From assembly GCA_035285545.1 (NCBI GenBank), contig JAYKGY010000087.1:1-41612 (forward strand): 41,612 nt of DNA, given 5' to 3'. The position numbers and the translations under genes are program-made. This DNA comes from Snowella sp. (GTDB lineage: Bacteria; Cyanobacteriota; Cyanobacteriia; Cyanobacteriales; Microcystaceae). Below, piece by piece: positions 1-9,542 of this stretch (position 1 is the stretch's first letter; each line of letters begins with the position of its first letter). Under the pieces are notes generated by a model, which was not told the origin of the DNA, ran no database searches, and saw nothing but the letters and a program-made list of their open reading frames with translations.

Positions 1-536
1 CGACGGAAGGTGGCAAAGTATTTATCCGCTTGAAGATTCCACTGTTCATCGAGATCCGCATTATTTTCGGGTTGCTCCAGAAAGTTTTTGATGTCGGCTT
101 TTTTAGGCTCTTTTTTGAGTTTTTCGGCGAGGAGTTGCTTGGTTTGTTCAATCTTCCAAACTTGTTTACCCCATTCGCGATCGTTGGGTTCCCGTTTTAA
201 TTGCTTACAAACATCTTCACGAATTAATTCTAGGGTCAATAGATCCGCGATTTGACGCGCTAACTCAATCTCTTCTTCGGCCCGCAATAGACGAATTCGA
301 CCAATCTCTTGTAGGTAAATCCGAATCGAATCTTCTGTGTAGGGCTTTTTCTTGTTAGGGTCACGACGACGAGAAGCAGTTAATTTACGAGGTTTTTTGG
401 CTCCAGGTTCGATGGATGACTCATCAAAATCGTCTAATGCATCATCATCATCGATCTCGATATCTGTATCAATAAAATCAGATAGATCAATAGAACTTTC
501 ATCTGCCATAGTCGGTGCTTCATTAACCTGAATCAT
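1..536 (-). CDS. sigA: Group 1 (principal) RNA polymerase sigma factor SigA/RpoD, 5' part; runs off the left edge
   Basis: Not in the ORF track. Manual translation from ATG at 536 gives MIQVNEAPTMADESS..., an acidic N-terminus, then KKKPYTEDSIRIYLQEIGRIRLLRAEEEIELARQIADLL (region 1.2) and the WGKQVWK segment typical of Synechocystis-type SigA. A purine-rich RBS lies upstream. Confidence 0.95.
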   Translation of the reverse strand, partial: MIQVNEAPTMADESSIDLSDFIDTDIEIDDDDALDDFDESSIEPGAKKPRKLTASRRRDPNKKKPYTEDSIRIYLQEIGRIRLLRAEEEIELARQIADLLTLELIREDVCKQLKREPNDREWGKQVWKIEQTKQLLAEKLKKEPKKADIKNFLEQPENNADLDEQWNLQADKYFATFR

Positions 537-1131
537 GCCGTTTTCCTCTTGCTCCTTTCGTGTAAAACTAAACAATATAAGGTTTTCGATGGGTGGTGAA
601 TCCGTAGAGGGGTCTCATGTTTTCTGAATGACATTTAGCTTTGTTGATGAAAAAGCCTGTCTAAACATTTTTCAAAGATAGTCTTAAGCAAGCGGAAGAC
701 TTCTACTTTAAACCAATTTAGACTGCATCATAAGTTCAAGACATTTATCACGGGTCAAAAAAGAAAGACCGTATTGATTGTAGCTTTGAAGACAAAAAAA
801 CAGTTGCCTTTTTTGCTTAAATTGCAAAGTACCAAAGCGGTTTGTTGAACTCAAAGATAACAAGAGATTATATTCACCTGTGAAACTCTCCCCACAGAGA
901 GATAAAACAAAGGGATTTTCGAGGGTAATGTGTTAGCAGCAAAACGCTGAAAAACCATGATTTTGACCCTATCAAAACGCCCTCAAAGTGAGATTATGCC
1001 AAGCAGACATTGATACAGTTGAGACTTTTCCTGTCCCGATGACCTGAAAAATAAAATCACAAGGGGATGAGGAAATACCCATTCTTCCTAGACACAAGAA
1101 GACTCAAACCGCTTCAGCAAAAAATCTTACG

Positions 1132-1155
1132 TTATTGTAATGAATTTCACAATAA
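1132..1155. promoter_or_regulatory. Palindromic CRP/NtcA-family-like operator in the sigA upstream region
   Basis: TTATTGT-N10-ACAATAA inverted repeat. The core TGTAA-N6-TCACA is one mismatch from the CRP consensus TGTGA-N6-TCACA and also reads GTA-N8-CAC (NtcA-like). Confidence 0.4.
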
Positions 1156-1487
1156 ATTGCATCAAAAATCAGTAAAAATATTTAGGGTGATCGAAGTTTT
1201 AGCATAGTACAAGCATTCTAGGGGGATAAGAAAGATGCAGTGCTTTGATTACTACGTTAGCAAAGACTACAGAAAGTGGCGCATCAAAGTGCATAGAACT
1301 GTCAGCAAACATCGACTTTTAGAAGGGTTTGCCAGATGAGAATGGGGAAATTTTCCAGAATCCAACTAACTGAACCCCGTCAAATCCTTGATTAAATAAG
1401 CTGTTTAAGTCAGTAAGCTCTGGTTTTAAGGCTGAGCATTCTAAACGTAAGATGAAAGTTATTTAAAGAAGATTTAAAGAAAAGATG

Positions 1488-2177
1488 TTAACCTAAATTC
1501 TCTAAAAGACCTTTAAACAGTCCTAATCCATCAGTGGCCTTTAAAGCAAGATCGGATGCACGCTCTGGGTGAGGCATCATCCCTAAAACATTTCCTTGCT
1601 GATTACTAATGCCTGCAATATTTTGAAGGGAACCGTTGGGATTAAATTCTTCTGTGGTTTCTCCTGTGGGGCTGACATAACGAAAGAGGATTTGTTGATG
1701 ATCTTCTAGGGATTTTAGGGTATCACTATCGGCGTAATAGCGACCTTCTCCGTGAGCGATGGGTAAGTCCAAGATTTGTTTGGGTTGGTACAGTTTTGTC
1801 CAGATAGATTGATTTTGCTCCACGCGGACAGGAACCCGATCGCAGATAAAATGTAAATCCCGATTCCGAATTAAGGCTCCGGGTAATAATCCCGCTTCGG
1901 TGAGGACTTGAAAGCCATTACAAATCCCTAAGACATATTTTCCCTGATTAGCGTGTTCAATCACCGACTTCATGACATTGGAAAAACGCGCGATCGCGCC
2001 ACACCGGAGATAATCCCCATAACTAAAACCGCCAGGAATAACGATGACATCACAATCTGAGATATCGGTATCTTGATGCCAAACAAAACGGGTCGGTTGG
2101 TTTAAAATTCCGTTGGTGACGGTTTCGATATCGCGATCGCAATTTGACCCAGGAAAGACGACGACTCCAAATTTCAT
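1488..2177 (-). CDS. purQ: Phosphoribosylformylglycinamidine synthase glutaminase subunit PurQ
   Basis: [27 protein letters not shown] (catalytic Cys) and MMPHPER motifs. Confidence 0.98.
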   Translation of the reverse strand: MKFGVVVFPGSNCDRDIETVTNGILNQPTRFVWHQDTDISDCDVIVIPGGFSYGDYLRCGAIARFSNVMKSVIEHANQGKYVLGICNGFQVLTEAGLLPGALIRNRDLHFICDRVPVRVEQNQSIWTKLYQPKQILDLPIAHGEGRYYADSDTLKSLEDHQQILFRYVSPTGETTEEFNPNGSLQNIAGISNQQGNVLGMMPHPERASDLALKATDGLGLFKGLLENLG

Positions 2178-2193
2178 ACTGCTTTCCTCTACC

Positions 2194-2451
2194 TTAAACA
2201 GGCGTTAACTCAAACGAATAATTTTCAATAACCGTATTAACCAAAAGCTGATCACACATCTGGTCTAAATGTTGTTTTGCCGTTTCTTCATCGGTTGCCT
2301 TCAACGTCAACTCAATATATTTGCCCACTCTCACTCGTTCTACCTCCGAGTACCCCAATTGTTTTAAACCGGATTGCACCGCCACTCCAGCCGGATCAAG
2401 GACAGAGGGACGAAGCGTGACATAAATGCGACACTGGAATTGTTGAGACAT
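2194..2451 (-). CDS. purS: Phosphoribosylformylglycinamidine synthase subunit PurS
   Basis: [28 protein letters not shown] motifs; directly upstream of purQ. Confidence 0.97.
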   Translation of the reverse strand: MSQQFQCRIYVTLRPSVLDPAGVAVQSGLKQLGYSEVERVRVGKYIELTLKATDEETAKQHLDQMCDQLLVNTVIENYSFELTPV

Positions 2452-2491
2452 TACATTAATATATAAGCTGACGAATAACGGTTCAAACGCA

Positions 2492-2887
2492 ATGAAAGCC
2501 CAATTTACTCGTTCTCAAGAGCGACTATTTCGCTTACTTAAAACCCTTAACCGAGCAATATCGGCTCAGGATCTGTATTTAGAACTGCGACAACGCAATG
2601 AAACGATTGGGCTTGCCACTGTCTATCGTGCCTTAGAAGGTTTAAAACTGCAAGGGTCTATTCAAGCACGAACATTAAGTAATGGCGAATCCCTCTATAG
2701 CCTGACCCAATCCGATCAGCATCATTTAACCTGTGTCAATTGCGGCGAATCGATTCCTATCGAAGAATGTCCCGTTCATGATTTAGAAAGTAAGTTAGAA
2801 TCGTCCCATAATTTTAAAGTTTATTACCATACGCTGGAATTCTTTGGACTCTGTAAAAAGTGCCAAATAGCCAGTGAATCTTCCTAA
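2492..2887 (+). CDS. zur: Fur-family regulator, Zur/FurB type
   Basis: SAQDLY, IGLATVYRAL, HHLTCVNC and HTLEFFGLCKKC motifs; resembles cyanobacterial Zur/FurB rather than FurA. Confidence 0.85.
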   Translation: MKAQFTRSQERLFRLLKTLNRAISAQDLYLELRQRNETIGLATVYRALEGLKLQGSIQARTLSNGESLYSLTQSDQHHLTCVNCGESIPIEECPVHDLESKLESSHNFKVYYHTLEFFGLCKKCQIASESS

Positions 2888-2974
2888 ATTAGTATTGCTC
2901 AATTATTATTGATTTTTATTTGCTTAACTTTATCGAAATTTGCGACTAACAAACTAACGAAGGAAGTATCATTT

Positions 2975-3469
2975 ATGACGACTACAATTGAAACCGACCT
3001 CAAAGACATTTTAATCCGAATCGATAGAAAGTTAGAGACAATAGACAATTCCCTAGTGGAATTGAAACTGAATCAATCTGAAATCAAAGGCAATTTAAGA
3101 GCACTCGACGAAAGGCTGTCGGGACAGATTCATGCTCTCGATGAAAAATTATCAGGGCAAATTAGTTCTGTTGATCAAAGACTATCAGGGCAAATTAGTT
3201 CTGTTGATCAAAGATTATCAGGACAAATTAGTTCTGTCGATGAAAGATTATCAGGACAAATTAGTTCTGTCGATCAAAGATTGTCAGGACAAATTAATGC
3301 TGTTGACGAAAAATTATCTGGTAAAGTCAATGTTCTTGATGAGAAAGTTACTGGTTTTGGAAAACGATTAGAAAATCAAGAGTTTATCAACCGTAGTATT
3401 TTAGCGGCTTTGATCATTGCACTTATTGCAGGAGCAGCAAAGTTATTTGGTGTTTTACCGAATCCTTAA
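2975..3469 (+). CDS. Coiled-coil protein with 11-aa tandem repeats and a C-terminal membrane anchor (cyanobacterial DUF4164/Bdr-like paralogue family)
   Basis: ATG at 2975 follows an AAGGAAG RBS. N-terminus is TIETDLKDIL, followed by LSGQISSVDQR-type repeats and a hydrophobic C-terminus ILAALIIALIAGAAKLFG. Confidence 0.8.
   Translation: MTTTIETDLKDILIRIDRKLETIDNSLVELKLNQSEIKGNLRALDERLSGQIHALDEKLSGQISSVDQRLSGQISSVDQRLSGQISSVDERLSGQISSVDQRLSGQINAVDEKLSGKVNVLDEKVTGFGKRLENQEFINRSILAALIIALIAGAAKLFGVLPNP
3101..3364 (+). repeat. In-frame tandem repeat, 8 imperfect 33-bp units
   Basis: Units encode ALDERLSGQIH/ALDEKLSGQIS/SVDQRLSGQIS/SVDQRLSGQIS/SVDERLSGQIS/SVDQRLSGQIN/AVDEKLSGKVN/VLDEKVTGFGK. The central units are nearly identical at DNA level. 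Confidence 0.95.
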
Positions 3470-3498
3470 GTATAAAATTTTCAAACCTATACTTTTGT

Positions 3499-5151
3499 CT
3501 AAAAATTTCTCAAAGGTAGGCTGATTTTAGATAATCCTAACCCCCCTGATTGAACACTTAATGTAATTATTTGATAATCCATTAAGGGCGTTTCTGATAA
3601 TAATTGATCCGTTCCCGAATTTACCGTATAGGCAGGAAAACACGCTCCACTTAAACTGAGACGAATTGCATTGCCTGGAACGATTTTGATACAAGTAGGC
3701 TGTAGGGAAAAAGTAACAATTTGTTCAGATTGTTCAGAATTGGTAGCGTTAAGGCGAATATAACCTTGGGAAAAATGATAGATTCGACCATCAGGATAAA
3801 CTTCGGATACGGTAGCGCATAGATCAAAACTCGGAGTATCCGCTTGAGTCTGGACTTCCACTTGAATTTGTCCAAGTAAATGTAGGTTTTCTGTTAATGG
3901 CTCGGACGTATAAGTCAAAATATCAAAACGGGATTCTAAATGCGATCGCTCAAAAGAACCCGCAGGAAAACCGGCATGACCACCTAAAGACGGCACAGGT
4001 CGCCAGGGATCATGGACGATGTAATCAACTTTTTTAGAGTGTTCTTCAGATAACTGGGTTACTAAACGTCCGGCATTTTCTTGAATATTTGCTAAACCGT
4101 TGCTGGTTAAATAGAATACTTGGGATTGATGAGATTCTAAATTATCTAAACTCTGCCATTGATTACTGCCCATTTCAAACAGTTTGATCGGCTTTTCGGG
4201 TAATATTTTGGATTCTTTTCCTTTTAACCAATAATCAAACCAAGCAATTTGATACTCATCGATAAAACTAGACGCAGCCTCTCCATAATTAATTTCTCCG
4301 GTTTTCCGTCCCCAAGGCAGATGTCCCCAAGGGCCAACGATCAAATGTTGAGGAAATTGACTCTGAGTTTTCATGTGATGATAAAGTTTCCAATTCCCCC
4401 GTAAATGGGGATCAAACCAGCCACCAATATGAAGCATTGGTAGATCAACATTTTTAAGTAAATATTGCGGCGATCGCTGCTTCCAATAGTCGTGATCTTC
4501 GGGATATTTCAGCCAGTCGTGATAAAAAGAATCAGGGGCGAATTCCTGTAGAATCTGAGGATTGGGGGGAATGGGATCAGATAGGGGTAAATGACGGGAA
4601 GCCGCATAAAGTTTTTGAAAAGCCTCGCGATCGCCGTTTAACTTAGCCGTTTCAGCCGCTAATTGGATCGCCCAGCCCAAATTCATCTGTAAACAAAAAG
4701 CTCCATTTTCATAGGCCCAATCCTGATATAAATTGTAGGCAATCATGGCGGGACAAATGGTTTTTAAAGCTTCGGGTTGACGGGCCGCTGCATACAATTG
4801 TGTCATTCCCTGATAGGAAAAGCCATACATTCCAACTTTACCGTTACTCTGAGGTAAATTCGCTACCCAATTAACCGTTTCTAGCCCATCTTTTATTTCA
4901 TGTTCAAATAAACTAAATCTACCTTCCGACGTACCGCGACCTCTAACATCTTGAATGACGACTAAATAGCCTTGAGACGCATACCAGGCAGGATGGGCAT
5001 AGACGACGGTAGAAGCAATTTTACGCCCATAGGGTTGCCGCATTAACAACACCGGCAAGGGGTCGGAACTGTTAGGATAGTAGAGATCTGCGTCTAGGCG
5101 AAAACCATCTTGAGTCATAAAAAAAGCCGTTTCTTGGTGAACATCAAACAT
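3499..5151 (-). CDS. CocE/NonD family serine hydrolase (peptidase S15-like)
   Basis: DGFRLDADLY, RQPYG, QDVRGRGTSEG, GFSYQG nucleophile elbow, GGWFD and GPWGH motifs. Confidence 0.93.
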   Translation of the reverse strand: MFDVHQETAFFMTQDGFRLDADLYYPNSSDPLPVLLMRQPYGRKIASTVVYAHPAWYASQGYLVVIQDVRGRGTSEGRFSLFEHEIKDGLETVNWVANLPQSNGKVGMYGFSYQGMTQLYAAARQPEALKTICPAMIAYNLYQDWAYENGAFCLQMNLGWAIQLAAETAKLNGDREAFQKLYAASRHLPLSDPIPPNPQILQEFAPDSFYHDWLKYPEDHDYWKQRSPQYLLKNVDLPMLHIGGWFDPHLRGNWKLYHHMKTQSQFPQHLIVGPWGHLPWGRKTGEINYGEAASSFIDEYQIAWFDYWLKGKESKILPEKPIKLFEMGSNQWQSLDNLESHQSQVFYLTSNGLANIQENAGRLVTQLSEEHSKKVDYIVHDPWRPVPSLGGHAGFPAGSFERSHLESRFDILTYTSEPLTENLHLLGQIQVEVQTQADTPSFDLCATVSEVYPDGRIYHFSQGYIRLNATNSEQSEQIVTFSLQPTCIKIVPGNAIRLSLSGACFPAYTVNSGTDQLLSETPLMDYQIITLSVQSGGLGLSKISLPLRNF

Positions 5152-5603
5152 GGCATCCTCCTCAGGAGATAAATAATTAATAAAACAAGACAGAACGAGA
5201 TTAACAATAAATGAGAAAGACTGTTAAAAAAGCTAACATTTTGATACAAATTATATAATTTATACCCAGAATGCAAAGGGAGTTATACACCATTTCAAAC
5301 AGTCCTGTGCCAATCTGCTCTTAAGTGCATAATAATCGCAGAATAACTGTTAGGGAATATTGACCTATGATCAGGACAGGTAAAATCTTCAGCCTTTTGA
5401 TACTTTAAATATCAAGATTTCCAAAATCATCAATAAAAATCTTTAGATTAATCATTTAATTTGAAAAACTTTTTAATTTCTGATTAAATTATTATTCTAG
5501 TCTGTTTACTTTGCGTTTGTCCCGTTTAGTGCGATTCCGACAGACTAGCATTCGTTTCAGTGTTTGAATATTAACCAGACATTTTTTAATACTTGATTTT
5601 ATA

Positions 5604-5807
5604 ATGAAAACTTTAATCCTTAATCAATTATCTTTTTATCGATCGCTAACCCCTGAGCGCAATCAACAGGAACCCCCCTCCGAGATCACGCAATTGATGA
5701 AAACTCGACAGATTTGCCCCTACTGCTCTGGCGTATTATTACGTCATATTCAGTCGGGAGAAGTATATTGGCGCTGTAGTTATTGTCATCAAGAAACCCC
5801 TATTTAG
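5604..5807 (+). CDS. Small cyanobacterial zinc-ribbon protein (the real start may be ATG 5697)
   Basis: CPYC...LLRH...YWRCSYC: two CxxC pairs in a pattern recurrent in small cyanobacterial proteins. Confidence 0.65.
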   Translation: MKTLILNQLSFYRSLTPERNQQEPPSEITQLMKTRQICPYCSGVLLRHIQSGEVYWRCSYCHQETPI

Positions 5808-6092
5808 TTCTGTATTAGCTAAAGAATTAGCAAGTAGAAAACCCATCGGATCTCACAGATTTTTCACAGCCTATGCTTATAGTTTTGGGAGATAAACTTG
5901 ATGGGAAATCGAGGGGTCGTTTGGATTTATTGATTCAAACCAACGACCAAATTGTAGAGATTCAACCATTAAAAAATCATAAATGAATCGATCTCCAACA
6001 AGCTCGACTAAAAACTTAGGAAAGATTAATTCATAGAGCCTTGAAATCCCATTCGATTTGTCTGAATCAATCTGAATAATTAAAAAAATTTC

Positions 6093-7688
6093 ATGAAAGC
6101 TCTATTACTGTATCCTCAATTTCCCCAATCGTTTTGGTCTTATGACCGAGCAATGGAAATGGCCGGACTGAAAGCAGTTATTCCTCCCCTGGGAATTATT
6201 ACTATCGCGGCTTTACTCCCCGATCGCTGGGAAATTCGGTTTTATGACCGTAATGTCAATGAAGAGTCCGACGCAGATTGGGAGTGGTGTGATGTGGTGA
6301 TTCTTTCGGCCATGTTGGTACAAAAGCCAGATTTTCACGCCCTGATTCAGAAAGCTGTCCGATTAGGCAAAAAAGTCGCGGTGGGTGGCCCGTATCCAAC
6401 CTCCGTTCCCCAGGATGCCCTTAATGCGGGAGCCGATTATTTAATTTTGGATGAAGGAGAGGTGACGATTCCCCAATTTTTAGACGCGATCGCCGCCGAT
6501 CAACCCCAAGGAATTTTTCGTTCCTGTGAGAAACCCGATGTCACCGCCAGTCCCATTCCCCGATTTGATCTCCTACAACGGCACAAATATTTCTCCATGG
6601 CCATTCAGTTTTCGCGGGGATGCCCTTTTAATTGCGAATTTTGTGACATTATTTCTCTCTATGGACGTAAACCACGCACCAAAGAACCCAGTCAAGCCTT
6701 AGCCGAATTACAAACGCTTTATGACTTAGGATGGCGGGGTTCCCTGTTCATTGTGGACGATAACTTTATTGGAAATCATCGCAACGTTAAACGCTTTTTA
6801 CAGGAATTAATCCCCTGGATGGAACATCATGATTATCCCTTTAGCTTTATCACGGAAGCATCGGTTAATTTAGCTGAAGATGCAGAATTACTTAGCCTAA
6901 TGCAGCAAGCGGGGTTTTATGCCGTCTTTTTGGGAATTGAAACTCCCGACCAAGATAGCTTAGAAGTGACGCGCAAACGCCAAAATACTCGCCATCCCCT
7001 CGTAGAAGCGTGTCATCAAATTAATGCAGCAGGCTTAGTCATTTATGCCGGTTTTATCCTAGGGTTTGATGGGGAACGCCCAGGCGCAGGGGAACGCATT
7101 CAGGCCTTTGTCGAACAGACCCATATTCCCCAACCCATGCTAGGGATTCTACAAGCCCTCCCGAATACGGCACTTTGGGAACGTCTCAAACAGGAAAAAC
7201 GCTTAGTAGAAGGCATTGGTATTACGGAATGCGGCGATCAAAATAGTCTGATGAATTTTATTCCCACCCGTCCGATCACAGAAATTGGGAAGGAATACGT
7301 TGAAGGCATTTGGAATTTATATGAGCCGTCCCCTTATCTCCGACGTTGTTTTGAGCAATGCCTGAATCTGGGATCACTTTCAGGAAGCCAACAGACTTTA
7401 AAATTGCCCTTCTTACTCAAATTACGGTTATTGTTTCAACTAATTTGGCATCAGGGAATTCGGCGATCATCTATCCGATTGCAATTTTGGCGACAACTAG
7501 GGGGGATTCTACGACAAAAGCCCCAAATCTTAACGATGTATTTGTTGCTGTGCATCACAGGAGAGCATTTTTGGGAATATCGGGTTCTGACGAGGCAACG
7601 CATTAGCCAACAATTAGGTTATGACCCTCTGAGTGATTTCCCTGTACCGTCCGTTTCTTTAGAACCCGCTCATTTAGTTACCTCTTGA
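6093..7688 (+). CDS. B12-binding-domain radical SAM protein with DUF4070-type C-terminus (Slr0320/HpnP-related superfamily)
   Basis: YPQFPQSFWS, PPLGIIT, VGGPY (B12-binding region), RGCPFNCEFC (CxxxCxxC), DDNF, GIET and GFILGFD motifs. Confidence 0.9.
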   Translation: MKALLLYPQFPQSFWSYDRAMEMAGLKAVIPPLGIITIAALLPDRWEIRFYDRNVNEESDADWEWCDVVILSAMLVQKPDFHALIQKAVRLGKKVAVGGPYPTSVPQDALNAGADYLILDEGEVTIPQFLDAIAADQPQGIFRSCEKPDVTASPIPRFDLLQRHKYFSMAIQFSRGCPFNCEFCDIISLYGRKPRTKEPSQALAELQTLYDLGWRGSLFIVDDNFIGNHRNVKRFLQELIPWMEHHDYPFSFITEASVNLAEDAELLSLMQQAGFYAVFLGIETPDQDSLEVTRKRQNTRHPLVEACHQINAAGLVIYAGFILGFDGERPGAGERIQAFVEQTHIPQPMLGILQALPNTALWERLKQEKRLVEGIGITECGDQNSLMNFIPTRPITEIGKEYVEGIWNLYEPSPYLRRCFEQCLNLGSLSGSQQTLKLPFLLKLRLLFQLIWHQGIRRSSIRLQFWRQLGGILRQKPQILTMYLLLCITGEHFWEYRVLTRQRISQQLGYDPLSDFPVPSVSLEPAHLVTS

Positions 7689-7806
7689 GCATTACTCAAC
7701 TGGATGAATTAAGGGCAACCGAGAAGGGATCTCCCGCTAAGCAAGCCCAACTGATTGAGTTAGTTAACTGAAAAATTTACTTTTAAACACAAATAAGCCC
7801 TTATTC

Positions 7807-7848
7807 GTAGCCTAGAAGACAATAACAATCCGTTTAACTTGCTGGAAT
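7807..7848 (+). promoter_or_regulatory. Putative NtcA-activated promoter of amt
   Basis: GTA-N8-GAC (7807-7820; one mismatch to GTA-N8-TAC) lies exactly 22 nt upstream of a -10-like TGGAAT (7843-7848). amt genes are established NtcA targets. Confidence 0.5.
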
Positions 7849-7897
7849 CTTAAAGTACTTCGTTTTTTATAGTACTTACAGGGGGTTATTCAAATTA

Positions 7898-9310
7898 ATG
7901 TCAATTGTCAAGAAAACACTGGCGATCGCGACTTTAACGTTAGGCAGTTTCCTGATGTTACCGATCGCGTCCGTATTGGCCGAAACTGAAATCGAGCAAA
8001 AAATTACATCCGCTCAAGTTGCTGCTGATACCGCTTTTATGCTGAATTCTTCAGGACTAGTCCTACTGATGACGGTGGGACTGGCTTTTTTTTATGGAGG
8101 ATTTGTCGCCAAACGTAACGTCCTCAATACCATGATGATGAGCTTTATCGCTTTGGGACTGGTAGGGGTAATTTGGTTAGTGGTTGGCTATAGTTTGGCT
8201 TTTGCCCCAGGGATTCCCTTTATTGGGGGGTTACAATGGGCCTTTCTCAACGGGGTAGGGTTGGAAACAACGGGGTATCTTCCTGTGAGTTCGCCGGAGG
8301 AGATGTCATCCTATTCCTCAACCATTCCCCATCAAACTTTTATGATCTACCAGGCAATGTTCGCCATTATCACGCCTGCTTTGATTTCAGGGGCGATTGT
8401 AGAGCGGATTCCCTTTAGATCCTATTGTATCTTCATTGTGCTGTGGTTATTGATTGTCTATTGCCCCCTGGCCCACATGATTTGGGGAAAAGAAGGCTTT
8501 CTCGGCTTATCTGGGGGACTTAATGTTCTAGACTTTGCCGGCGGAACGGTTGTCCATACAGCGTCTGGGGTTTCGGCCTTGGTCGCTGCCATTATCATTG
8601 GCCCCCGCAAAACCTATCCGGATCGCATCGCGCCGCCCCATAACGTCCCTTTTATTTTGTTAGGGGCAGGTTTACTTTGGTATGGTTGGTTCGGTTTTAA
8701 TGCGGGGAGTGCATTGTCTTCCGGCCCCTTGGCAACCACAGCGTTTATTACCACCAATACGAGTGCGGCAGCCGCCATGTTAACTTGGTTGGTTTTAGAA
8801 CAAGTGGTTCGGGGAAAACCCACCTCTGTTGGTGCTGCAACGGGAATTGTGGTCGGTTTAGTTGGAATTACTCCCTGTGCGGGTTTTGTAACTCCGATGT
8901 CTGCGATTGTAATCGGTGCGATCGCGTCCGTTTGTTGTTTCTATGCCATTATCTGGAAAGTCAAACTAGGGATTGATGATAGTTTAGATACCTTTCCCGT
9001 TCATGGAGTCGGTGGTACGGTTGGCACGATTCTGGCAGGGATTTTTGCAACAACGGCTGTGAATAGCGGCGGTAAAGAGGGTTTATTTGCAGGCAATCCG
9101 TCCCAACTACTGATTCAATTGGCGGGTGTGGGTCTGACCATTCTCTGGGCTGCGATCGGGACATTCATTATTCTCACTGTTGTCGGGACTATCTGGGGCT
9201 TACGAGTTAGTCCTGCGGCCGAACTCCAAGGAATGGATTTATACGATCATGGCGAAGAAGCTTACGGAGAAGACATCCAAATTGGCATGACAACCACAGA
9301 AGTTAAATAA
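7898..9310 (+). CDS. amt: Ammonium transporter (Amt family)
   Basis: GLAFFYGG, FAIITPALISGA..ER, DFAGGTVVH, GWFGFNAGS and DDSLD.FPVHGVGG motifs. Confidence 0.98.
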   Translation: MSIVKKTLAIATLTLGSFLMLPIASVLAETEIEQKITSAQVAADTAFMLNSSGLVLLMTVGLAFFYGGFVAKRNVLNTMMMSFIALGLVGVIWLVVGYSLAFAPGIPFIGGLQWAFLNGVGLETTGYLPVSSPEEMSSYSSTIPHQTFMIYQAMFAIITPALISGAIVERIPFRSYCIFIVLWLLIVYCPLAHMIWGKEGFLGLSGGLNVLDFAGGTVVHTASGVSALVAAIIIGPRKTYPDRIAPPHNVPFILLGAGLLWYGWFGFNAGSALSSGPLATTAFITTNTSAAAAMLTWLVLEQVVRGKPTSVGAATGIVVGLVGITPCAGFVTPMSAIVIGAIASVCCFYAIIWKVKLGIDDSLDTFPVHGVGGTVGTILAGIFATTAVNSGGKEGLFAGNPSQLLIQLAGVGLTILWAAIGTFIILTVVGTIWGLRVSPAAELQGMDLYDHGEEAYGEDIQIGMTTTEVK

Positions 9311-9344
9311 ATTTTTTATTATTTTCCATTATTAACTATTGATT

Positions 9345-9380
9345 CCCTAATGATCTTGACTTCAGGATATTAGGGTTAAT
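9345..9380 (+). terminator. Hairpin downstream of amt, probable terminator or 3' stabilising stem
   Basis: CCCTAAT(G)ATCTTG pairs with CAGGATATTAGGG, followed by a T/A-rich tail. Confidence 0.5.
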
Positions 9381-9542
9381 TTATGGGATTTTTACTCATT
9401 AACCTGCCCTTACTTCTTCTTCAATCCCATTTCAACTCGTCTTTAAATGGCATTGAATTTTGGGGTTAAGTTGCGATCGCTCCCCAATCACGGTAGTCTC
9501 TAATATCGATAAATATTTAATCGGATCAAAATTACAAATATC

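Noticed and set aside
3101..3364. 33-bp repeats as a CRISPR array
   Set aside because: The units are contiguous with no unique spacers, are in frame, vary mostly at synonymous or conservative positions, and have no cas genes nearby.
3132..3371. Alternative-frame 79-aa repetitive ORF
   Set aside because: It is a by-product of the stop-free tandem repeat inside the real gene.
5397..5415. Zur box
   Set aside because: The half-site spacing is two bases longer than the 7-1-7 TGATAATnATTATCA consensus.
5880..6092. Cobalamin riboswitch before the B12 radical SAM gene
   Set aside because: GGGAA is present but no GCCCCCGC/ACTGT or B12-box elements were found.
7689..7897. Glutamine (glnA-motif) riboswitch upstream of amt
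   Set aside because: Some pairing exists (ACTCAA/TTGAGT, GGGC/GCCC), but the CGTT...GGAAGTA...GAAG.AACG core is absent and the region lies upstream of the putative promoter.
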